Source: Lama guanicoe (lineage: Eukaryota). Taken from it: a DNA stretch of 64,000 bases. The position numbers and the translations under genes are program-made. This document shows, piece after piece, positions 14,451 through 25,700 of this stretch (position 1 is its first letter; each line of letters starts with the position of its first letter). The stretch is from positions 7,606,773 through 7,670,772 of the forward strand of contig MU056050.1 in NCBI GenBank assembly GCA_013239625.1, written 5' to 3'. The notes beneath the pieces were generated by a model. The model saw only the letters and a list, made by a program, of their open reading frames with translations. It was not told the origin of the DNA and did no database searches.

Positions 14451-16509
14451 TTAGAGAGGAATAGGGAGATCCGCTTAGACACCCCCACCCACTCACTGTG
14501 GCTCCTAGAGGCTTTCAGAAGGGCAGGGACGCTCTCTTTCCAGCTGTACACAGCGGCAGCGTGCCCTGTGTCCTGGAGTTGGCTAAGTCCTGTGGAAGAA
14601 TCAAAGACTGAGCAGATGGCAGATGGCAGATATGAGGACTGTGTCCCTACCGTGTTCTTAGATAAACAGGGTAATAATGAATTACACTGGTTGTGTTTGG
14701 GGGCTTGGAGATGCTCACAGACTTGTCCAAGGCCACTCAGCTGCTTAGTAACTAGGCAGACCTCCTGACTCCTGGTCTAGGTTTTGCTTTTTTTTTTTCT
14801 TTTTCTACTGTGTCATAGTCAAGATAGTGGCCTAATTTGAAGGAGGATAGATACAGGTGGTTAGACAGGCATTGATATTTAAAACAAATACGTTTATTTT
14901 ACTGTAGTTTTAAAATACCATTCCTATCATGCATACTACCAGGGAAACATCTCCCACAGCCCCAGTTCCCTATGACAGCCACTCAGACAGAATTTTGAAA
15001 AAGAAAACTGCAGAAAATTGACTGCTTCTTAGGGGAGATACAATCAAAAGAGAAGAGAAGCAGGTGGGGGTGGGGGAACAAAGGTGAAGAGGTAGTTCTC
15101 ACACAGATCCAGCAAACAACTTTATTCTGAAGGTTTCCTTGACAGATCTCTGTCCAAATTGTTTGGGGGAGGTGTCTTCCCGTTGGTTGTTTCTCCCTCA
15201 TGCCCACCCTGTAGAAGCCCCAGCTTGGGTCTGCAGGGGCAAATGCTTGATGGCCCTCTCTTTAATTCAGAGTCTCATTTCCCTCCTTCCCTGTGTTGTA
15301 GTAAATACACGGGAGAAGTCTATTCTGTGTATGTGGTGTGTGTGTGTGTGTGTGTGTAACTGTGTAAGGGGAATGCGTGAGGTTGTGTGTGTGTATGGAT
15401 GTTTGTGAGAGGGAATGTGTGTGTCTGAAAGGAAATGTGCCTTAAAGGCGGAGGGCTTGGGGGACAGGGGAGTTGGGAAGATGGTGAAAATGAATCAGTT
15501 TACTGAATGCATACTGAAAACCTACAGCCGAATAAGGGTCTTCCCAGTGCTGGTGGACTTGAGGAAATAGTCAATTCTTAATATTCCTTAAAGGAATGAT
15601 AGGAGAGAACATGTATTTAAATGAGGCAGGGAAGGATTCTGTTAGACCCAAGGGCTTTTCTTGATAGTCCTTCAGATTCTTGACATTTATGTGACCTCCA
15701 GCTAGGCTATAAGGTCCCAAGGGCAGGAACTGAGACTTGTCACTCTGGACGACTCCCCCCTTTCCTCCGTCATTCCTAGCAATGGATAGCTTACACACAG
15801 TGCTGAGGAAACCAAAGGTAGGGACTGAGTCCCTTCTGTGGGCCAGTTAAACTTTTTTTCTACATTTCAGAGTCTAGACTGATCCTCCCCAACCCCCACA
15901 GTTAGTTGCCTTGCATTTCTGATCATGAAAGAACCAGCAAAGAAACAGTTCAACTCATCCCCTCTGAAAGTGTGCCTCCTGCTGACAGGGGGTGAGTATC
16001 CCTTTTCGCCTTCAATGGATGGTGCAAGGGCACTCTTCAGTGGGCACTATCTGCTCCATTCCAGGTAGCAGCACTTCTGCTGTCTTCCTTTCGAATTTGA
16101 CTCTCAGGTATGAGGGGGTGGGAGCACAATCCCTCACCTTGGTACGGCACTATATCCTTTGGGGGATTCTTTCATCTCACCCTCTCTTTTATTTAATCTT
16201 TACTACAGCCACACCTAATAGTTATCATAGTTCTTATTTTGTAAGGTGATGAAACTGAGGTTCAGAAAAGTGAGATAATTAGCTCCAAGTCACTTGGTTG
16301 ATGAGTGTGCGAACTTATATGTGGTAAGGTTGGGATTTGAACCCAAGTTCTAGTCTATATCTCAGGACCTTTTCAGGATGTCAGCTTAGGGAGTGGGCTG
16401 AGGTGAGAGATGTAATGGGAGGAATAAATAGGGCTTCTGGTGCCTTTCTCCTCTATCCACTCCTCTCCTCTACCTTTCATAATAGTGTTTTTCAAAAACC
16501 ATATATATC

Positions 16510-16578
16510 TGTATCTTTATATCTGTCTACTTATCAATCAATCTATCATTGTCATTTATCTATCTGTCTGTGTCTCTA

Positions 16579-16610
<32 letters not shown>

Positions 16611-16630
16611 TCCTGTCTACCAATCATCTA
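16510..16630. repeat. Degenerate (TCTA/TCTG)n tetranucleotide repeat
   Basis: Seen directly. Confidence 0.85.
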
Positions 16631-19600
16631 CTTTCATTCTAACTTCCCAAGACTAGTGTGTATCAAAAAAAGACCTCAAAAATTCAGCAACCTCCTTAGA
16701 AAAAAAAGGTCGTCCCAGTTCCAGGCAGTAGTTGTTGGTAGTGTGCCATGGTTTGGTGGAAAGGGCAAGACCAGGCCTGAGGATAGGCTGATTCCCAGAT
16801 CGTATTCTTCCATGGCATGTTTGTGCAACTTCAGGCAAGTTACAACCGCTCCAGAGCCCTAAGTTTGTTGTTATCAGTAAAATGGGAAACATAATACCCA
16901 ACCTACCTCGTTCCCAGGGGCTGTTGTGAAAATGAAGTGGCATGATTCATTTATCCATGAATCATGAATAGCTGTTTTAATTACAAGACCTTTATGTTCT
17001 CTCAAAACTGTCAGAGTTTATAATCCTATGATTCACCCAACAAACACATTGAACACCTACTGTGTGCTAGGGTCTGGAAATAACGGGCATAAGGAAAGCT
17101 TTTGGGAAAATGAAAAGCATAAGAAAAGTTAGACATTAAAAAATTACCTCCTATTGATAGAACATCTTATGTTTTTACTTCTATTTTTTGCCACGACTAT
17201 TAGAAGCAGCAACTAAAAGGGGGGAATAAAAGATACACGATAACACAGCTTGTAATGCCAGCACTATTATGCACTCTGACACATACTGCAGATAACAGTG
17301 AGAATATCTATGTCTTGTTGTATTTGATGTTACGTTACCCTGTTTACACTATTCTTCGGGCTGTTTATAGCATAAAGGTTGCTTTTCACCATCCTGAGCT
17401 TGAGTTGTTTCTTTAGTCAATAAAATTTTAAAAGGGCATCCCACGTTCTATAGAATGAGGACTGTACTCATTTTACAAAGAGATTGTAATTTGTGGTGGC
17501 TATCTGCCTTCAGATATGACCTCCCATGGCTTATCGAATTAGGATTTGATTATGTGTCCATTTTTTGATTTCATTATTTAGCTATGCATTATTTTGTAGC
17601 TATTAAGAGCAAAGGTGTATGGGGCAGTGTAAAGTGCCCTCGGATTGAGAAGAACTGGGTTCTTGTCTAGAGTCTGCTGTTACATTGTGGTGTGGCCTTG
17701 GACAAACTCCTGTCTCTCTTTAGCCTCAGTTTTTTTGAACTGTAGAATGGAAACTTTGAACTAGTTTATGGCTAAGGTTCCTTCTTTCTCTGATCCATTC
17801 TAATATTCTAAGCAGTTCTGAAAACATTTTCTGAAGCCAGAGCTTTTCTGAATATATTTTAACAATGCTACTGCCAGTTTATGAGATTCTGCTATGGCAT
17901 GATGGGCTAACTCCATGTATTGTAGAATGCTGTCCCCAAATTTAATTATCTTGGGGCATTACCACCACATAAGGTAAAATGAGCCATTATGTTCATCATG
18001 ACTGCAGCCTTTGCTGAAATGGAGGTTATGGGATAACAACTTAAAGGCTAACTCATTAATGCTCAGGGATGAATGAGGTAATGTGCCAGCAGACCAAATT
18101 GGTGCCCAAATGTTTTCATCTAGAGACCTGTATCTCTTTCCCATGTTGTGATATATTAATAGGGATGTCTTTATCCATTGTCACTGCCTCTAGACATTTG
18201 AATAACATAGATACAATGCCTTCTGGGCACTCAGCCCTGTGCACTATCAATTTCTCAAACTCCAAAGATCTTCCAATTGCTAGAAGCAAAATTCTGATGG
18301 TGCCATAAAGTGCCTAATTTATAAGGGTTCTAACGATGGCATCAGTGCAGTCCTATATTTTCTCATAGATGTTTACTAGTGAGCACTGCACCATCCCTAA
18401 CTACTTGATGGGGGCAATGGAGTAAATTAGTCTTCCAAATTGTAAAGGCTGTGGATTTATGCCTCGCTGAGACATTTCTGTCCTCGTGATATCGAAGTGG
18501 GGTGACCTTTCTGACGTTAATTTGTTTCTACATCTGTACCATGCATTTCAGGAGGATGTGAGGAACAATCTTGATGTCACTCATGTGTCTTTCCCCTTTT
18601 TCTGTTGCTGGAGACTTGATCTGGGTGTGCTTTTGTTCTTTGTTCAAATTCTCTCTTGGTATCTGCTAATATCCTAGCCCTTTTACTGAGCCAAATGAAA
18701 TTATATATTCTTTTCCTAGCGACAATGTAAAATTGGGTAGTTTGAAAGATGAATAAAATTTGAGACTTATAAGCATTTTACTGATCTGAATAATAGCATT
18801 TGAAAAATTGACCTGTGCAGTTAGTTTTTCTGAATTTTATAAAATGATTTTTTTGTACTTGACCCTGATGCCATTGGAGATTGAAGAAGAAAGACCTATT
18901 CCCAACAGTCTCCTGAGATTATTTTTACCTGTTTTAATTTAATTCAAATTTAGTAGAGATTGAACAGAGTAGGTCTTTGGGTGCACTGATACAAATTCTA
19001 ATTTTATGTAATTACTTTTGAAACCTGATATTTTCTGGTAAAGTCAAGCCCTCTGCAAAGAACCTTCAATATCAATGTGTATATTAAAAACCAATGCTAA
19101 ATATCACACATACATTATTCTTTTAATTCTTACACAACTGCTGAAATGGGTACTGCATCACTTCCCCATTTTAGAGAGGAAGCCACTGAGGCTCAGAGAT
19201 TTCAACAGACTTTCCTAAGAACACACAGCTAAAAAAACCCCATGAAGCTTGGCTTTGAGCTCAGTTTTATTTAGCTCTAACTCCAGGGGCCATTACAGAT
19301 ATTTGTTTAACTATATATATACATATATATTTACAAATATCTTGAATTCTAGGCTGAAACTGAGAGGGCTTGCTTTCATTGTCCTTCTTGAGTATCTTTT
19401 TGATGTTATAATCATTTCAGGCCAGTGCCAGGGCAGGCTGAAGGGGGAAGGAGAAGACACTTTGGAGCAAGAGAGATCTCTTGGCACCTTGTTCTTGGTG
19501 AGGAGCCTCCTTTTGTAATCAGCTTGGAAAATCAGGCCCAAGGACAAATATTCAAATCTCATGAATCTGTTATGTGCCTCTCATAGTGTGGCACCCTATT

Positions 19601-20689
19601 TTTTGGTCCCCCTCCTCACCTGCCCATCTGCGTCTTGTCTGGGCACACTGGCCTCCCTAATTCTGCTTCTGTCATATATTCTACTTGTGCCTTGAAATGG
19701 TTGAAGGCAAACAAGACAGTGTCAATTTTGATGGCAGAATTATGGCATATGATTGCTCTTAAGTTTAGCCCTGTATCTTTGAGCAGGAGGCAATGACAAA
19801 CGATTTATTCTAAGGCCTTTGATTTCCTTTGGAATTGTAAGCATCTAGGCTGACTCATCTCTCAAAGGCTTCTCTCTCTCTCTCTCTCTCCCTCTCTCTT
19901 TGGCTGGTGTTGTTTTGAGGTTCTCTTGTTTGTTCTCACCTCATTTTTTGGGGGCGAGAGGATTTGATTTTCATCTTTTCGGCTGAAAGAAATCAGCTAT
20001 ACTCTTTGGAGGACCAGATCTTATAAGCCTCGGCAAGAAGAAATAGCTGCAACTCCAAAACAGGTACAAAAATGTCTGGATTGGGGTAAGGGGAAAAGGG
20101 GAGCCATGTTAGTAAAATTAAGCCAGAGCTAGGCTGCGTGTGTTGGAATGAGACCCTTGGTTAATTGGTTTTGGACCTACTATTATGAGTGGAGGATTAC
20201 TAGCAGCTTAGTTTGGGACTGTGGTTAGGTTCTGTGCATTTGGCTTTGGTTAAAAGGGTCATTTTGTGGATACAGTTTGGTGGTTGGGCTTAGGGTCCAG
20301 GGGATGGTGCTTTGCAGTTGAAGGACATTTAAAAAGATCCATGCTAAGAATTTTCCTCTTAGCTCAATTTAAGAGCCATAGAAATACTCCTCATTCTATT
20401 TCATACTCAACTTCAGTTATCCGGTAAGTGTTTATTTCTGACATGTGTGAATTTGACCATTAAAGAAAGTGGGCAAAAGAGGATTTTGGAAACAAAATAA
20501 GTGAGGGTTTTTTTTTTTTTGGACAGAGCTCATTTAAATAGATTATTGAATGATAAACTTCCACTTACCTTTTCTCTGTCAAAGCTACATTACCTGATCT
20601 TTGGAGTTTAAGCACCCCCCCAATAATATATAGACTATTATCATAAAATTCTATGGGAAAAGGGGCTGAGAAGAGTGGCATGTGACCAC

Positions 20690-21330
20690 TTCCCTTCTTG
20701 TCAAAAGATTTAGTTCCCCATGTCCCAAATTATCTTCTCCATTAGGAACAAGCATCCACGCACTCACCCAAACCATAATCTTTGGAGCTATCCTTTCCTC
20801 TACAATAAATTCTCTAAGTCTTGTCAACTCTACCCATAAAATCCCAGGCTTTCTACCCAAACCATGCTTTTCACTGCTCTGTGATTTTTCCAAGCTGCAG
20901 CTCTGACTCTGTAACTTCCCAGTTAAAACCCTGTGGTAGTTCTCTATTGCCTTCGGGAGAAAGTCCAGCTCCTTCACATGGCTTATAGGGCCATTCATGA
21001 TCTCATTCCTGCCTATCCAGATTTATCTTCTTCTAGCCCCTTTATAGGGCTTTATGAATATAACAACCTCTCTCCCATCTCCTTGCCTTTGCACAAGATG
21101 TTCTCTCTTTCTGTACTCTCCCCCCTCCCTGTCTCCAAGCAAACTTAGATGTTTCCTCCTTTCTGCTTCCACAGCAGTTTGTTTATATCTTGGCCGATTG
21201 ACTTATCACAAGGTTTTGTAAATTGTTGCTAACCTGTGTATCTCCTTCACGGCACTGTTAAATCCTTTATGAAAAGAGTATTATTATTTTGCTCATATTT
21301 TAATCTTTAGTGCTTGGAACAAAGTGGACA
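20690..21330. mobile_element. L2 LINE relic
   Basis: L2-like phrases (AAAGTCCAGCTCCTTCACATGGCTTATAGGGCCATTCATGATCT); similar relics near 41550-42500 and 55970-56800; boundaries approximate. Confidence 0.55.
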
Positions 21331-22533
21331 ATTAATATTTTTTTCTTTTTCTTTTCTTTTTAATGCATGCATGAAATAACAAACTAATAATAGAGGTGAG
21401 GATGTGCAGGAAAGAATGCTGTGTGGGGTCTACGGAGATCCCCACTGAGGGGTTCTGGGAAGCCTGGGAGCAGTATGAGATAGTGGGTACCATGGAGAAG
21501 GGCTGTATAAAAACAGATTTGCCAGTGCACTAAGACAAACTTCACTCTACCCATCCTGTATGGGAGTTTCATTAGAAATGGCCTGGAAATGATGCTTGTT
21601 TGTTTTGGTACAAACTGGGTTTTTTTTTCCCCAGGAAAAATAATATAATCAAGTTGTACAATTTTTGTAAATAGATAAAAGGCAAAAGGCAAACAAGATC
21701 CCTTCACTTAATACAGATACTGCTAGTAATTAGGTACATTTCTTTCAGTCTTTTATTTTTATGCATTTTTTCTCACATAGTTGTAATCATAATTAATACA
21801 ATTCTGTATTTTGTATTTGTTGTTCAAAAGCTCTTTGTAAACATCACTTTAATGATTGTGTAACTTTCCATACTGTGGCTATTCCATAATTTATATAACT
21901 AGTCTCCTTGCTGGGCTAGCTTTTTTTTCCCCTTGATTTTTTACTGTTATGGCTCATTTGCATATGATTTTTCCTGTCTGTAGGAAGTTTTCATTAGGAT
22001 AGATTCCTAGAAAGGGAATTACTGGGTCAAAGGGCCTGGGGATGATTTTTGGCTTCAGACTTATGTGTTCAGTTTGCTTTCTAGAAGAGCTGTACAAAAT
22101 TTACAGGGCTTCTAACCTAGATAACATGCCCATTTCACCCAAACTGGACAGCATCAAGCATTATTAAAAAAATAAACTCCATCAATGTTCTAAATAATTA
22201 ATGGGAAAATATTACTTTATTCTTATGTTAATGTGCCTTTTTAAATTGGGAGTAAGGTTTTTTTTTTTTAATCTTTTTTCTTCTGCTGCTGCTGCTGCTT
22301 TTTTGCCTCTGATTAGGTTTTCTCTTTTCTGGACTGTGGGACTGTCAGTTCAGGGCTGATGTTTTTTGAAGTTCGATTTTTTTTTTAAAATAAGCAACCA
22401 GAGGCAGCTCTGCTTGAGAGTGAAGCCGCCTCCCAGTTTTCCCTCCCCCTTTCCCACCCTTCCCCCCATAGTTCCCTCCACCAGGTCCAGTGACAATTGG
22501 ATGATGCAGCCTTGATAATCATCCGGTTCCAGA

Positions 22534-22786
22534 ATGGGTGGCTGCATTCCTTTTCTGAAGGCAGCAAGGACACTGTGCCCCAGAATCATGCCCCCTTTAC
22601 TGTTGGTGTCCGCCTTTATTTTTTTAGTGAACGTCTTGGGAGGAGCCCCAGGACACAACCCGGACCGCAGGACGAAGATGATATCAATACACAGCCTCTC
22701 CGAGCTGGAGCGTCTGAAGCTGCAAGAGACTGCTTACCACGAACTCGTGGCCAGGCAATTCCTCTCTGAATTCAAACCTGAAAGAG
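22534..22786 (+). CDS. ARHGAP36: ARHGAP36 coding exon 1 (MGGCIPF...SEFKPER)
   Basis: ATG 22534; donor AGAG|GTGAGC at 22786/22787, phase 1; likely 5' acceptor TTTTTTAAAATAAG|C at 22394/22395. Confidence 0.93.
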
Positions 22787-25700
22787 GTGAGCAGTACCCC
22801 GGGATGTGGCATCCTCGCCTTCGGGCCGAGTGGACCCCCCGGGCGGGACGAGTTGGGGGCTCTTCTCTGGTCTCGGACTTGGTTGGTTCTCCAGGCTCCA
22901 GGAGAGCTGAGGGAGCGGGAGTTGAAGGGTGTTTGTTGAATTGGGAAGTGGTAAAGATTAGTTGAGTTGGGTCGAAGCCTGGGGGCTTGAGGGCAGTAAG
23001 ACAGGCAGATATCAGAGACAGACAGGTGGACAGAGGACAGGTGAAGAGACAGACGCACCAGGTGCGGTGCTATAAAGAGCCAGAACGAGATGGAGGCGCA
23101 GAGGGACCCTCAGGGAGGAGTGGGACAGACAGAGATAGCGCTGTTGAGAGACGAAGAGTAAGGGGAGAAAGCGAGATAGTGGGAGAGAGACACGCGCCAA
23201 TCCCTGGGTAGAGCGGGAGGGCGTGCGGGTGCAGGGAGCGGCGGCGAGAAGTGCGCTGGGATTGCTGCTCACCTCTGCTGGCTGAGGAGGAGGGCGGGCA
23301 GGGAGGGAGCGCGACCCGGCTCCGGACTGGGGTCGAAAGCGCCAGCTATCTTAGCGATGCAGGCGCAGATTCGGTGGCTGAGGGGAGGAGGGCGGGGGTC
23401 GCGCGAGCGGAGGAGCACCGCTGCAGTGAGGAAAAGTGCAGGGGGCTGCAGGCTCTCCAGCCGCGCGCGGCAGGAACAGCCTAAAAGGAGCGCAACTAAG
23501 GGCTAGGAGACCCCGCAGGCAGCCGCCACTGCGGGGGTCGGAGGGCGGGGACAGCAGGTGCCGCCGCTTCTCCAGCCGTCGCAGCGCGGGGAGCCTATGG
23601 CATCCCGGGAGCGAGCGCACCTGCAGTAACTTAGCGACCCCTCCTCGCGGCGGCGCCGCAGGCAGAGCCCCTCCCCTCGCCTGTTGCACTGTCCCGCCGC
23701 CTCTGAGCCCCGGAATTTACGCTTTCAGCGTTGTGTTGAGATACTGTTGGTGCGTAACAATATGCGCGCCACGCACGCGGCGCCTTAGATGGTCTGGTTT
23801 GTTTAAATTCTTAGAGTCTCATATGCGGTAGATAGGATTGGTCCCGTTTTCAAACGGGGAAACTGAGGCTGAGTGAAAGCAAAACACTTTGGGTGCTGGG
23901 CAGAGCTGTTTGTCCCGCTTTCCTCCTCAGTCTCTGTGGATCAATGCATTGCGACGTTTTAGTCACTTATCAAATCCCATTTGTGTGAAAGTGCTTGTAT
24001 TTTCTTTTTCTCTTCCCATAGCTCTACCTGTTGACCGTCCAAACACCTTGGAGAAGTGGTTTTTGATTCTGAGAGGACAAGAGAGGGGTGAGGGCCTTTC
24101 ATACTTTCCTTAGAAAAGAAGTGAAGTCTTGCACCCCTCCTGTTTTGCGTCCCTGGCTACTGGAGACAGGGCGGGGCCCACTGCCCCTGGGGGCACTCAC
24201 CCCCCTTCCAGAAACCCCGCAGGGGATGATTTCAGGAAATGGCGCACCAGCTGCAGGCATGACGGGCGGTCCCATCATATCTGCCTAAGCCTTCTCCGTG
24301 GATCACCCCAGACAGGTCGCCCAGAAGAAATTGCCCTCATTGCTTCAAGGTGGTCACCTCCTGGCACGACTTAAGGCAGAGACTCCGTCGGAGTAGTTGA
24401 TGGAGCTGAGTCCTTCAGCCAAACCTCTTCAGGGTCTTTTTGGCTACCTCCCCTGGAAGAAATGCTGTGGGTCTGGCGGGTTGGGGTTGACAAGGGCGAT
24501 TGCTTAGAGGAGTGCTACAGCCCCTTGCAGTTCCTCTGGACTTAGGGGCTACAGAGCGTTGACGTTTCTCATTCTTTCTCTCCCTGGCTCCTCAGCCGCA
24601 TCACTCAAGACTTTTGGCATTCGCCTGGAAGAGGTGCTGGTGAACGAGCTTACCCGCCGCAAGCAACTTGAACTGAGAGCCGCGATGCAGACTGAAGAAG
24701 CTACCCGTCAGGCTGCGGGCCGTCGTCGGGGAAACGTGGTGCAAAGAATGTTTGGCCGCATCCGGCGCTTTTTCAGTCGCAGACAAGAAGAGCCCTCATT
24801 GCCCCGGGAGTTCACCCGCCGTGGGCGTCGAGTGAGTTAAACCCTCCAGGTTTCAGGCAGGGGCCCTCCCCGAAGTGTGTAGCGATATGGGCTAGAGGGT
24901 CAAGGCCTGTGTCCTGGGGGGGTGGGGGGAGGCTGAACAGAATGCGTTGGAGGGGTGGAATTGGCTTGCCACAGAGAGAATGTCTCCTGTTGTAAATGTG
25001 ACTCACTCCTCAGGAAGGTCCGAAGCGACCCTCCTGCTCCTCCATTTTAAGATAGTCTGGGTTTCTCCGCAGGGTGCAGTCTCTGTGGATAGCCTGGCTG
25101 AACTGGAGGACGGTGCCCTGCTGCTGCAGACCCTGCAACTTTCCAAGATTTCCTTTCCAATTGGCCAGCGACTTCTGGGATCCAAAAGGAAAATGAGCCT
25201 CAATCCGATTGCAAAGCAAATCCCCTATGTTGTTGAGGCGTGCTGCAGCTTCATTGAGAAATATGGTAAGGGGTCAAAATTATGGTTAAGAGGCAATTGA
25301 AGAGGAAGACCAGTGTTCTAGAGAAGGTGAGAGGAAGAGGTCAAGGGATGAAGGGCTTGGAACATTCCCCTGCAACCACTTGGGATTGGAATGCAATGGG
25401 GGAGGAAAAGAACCAGAGATACTTAGCATTCCCTGGTTTTTTCTTTCAGGCTTAAGCACAGTGGGTATTTTCACCCTGGAATATTCCGAGGAAAGAGTGC
25501 GTGAGGTAAATCAGCTATGTGTACATTTTTATTCCTTGAGTGAGAAAAAGCAGGTGGGGATGGGGGCTTCTCCATAGACCTAAAGAGAATGTCATGCTTG
25601 GTGGAGGGGAGCAAGGGCTTCTTTCCAGCCCTCTAGGCACACCATATTACCAGCTACCTCCATTGAACCCTGAGAGGAGGGAGCCTGTGGTGGGCAGAGC

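Noticed and set aside
8117..14768. Numerous 60-190 aa ORFs in CpG-rich and CA-rich regions
   Set aside because: Expected from GC-rich or low-complexity sequence with few stops; no recognisable domains.
22787..22965. Read-through extension of the first coding exon (ORF to 22965)
   Set aside because: Strong donor at 22787; the short GC-rich continuation has no coding features.
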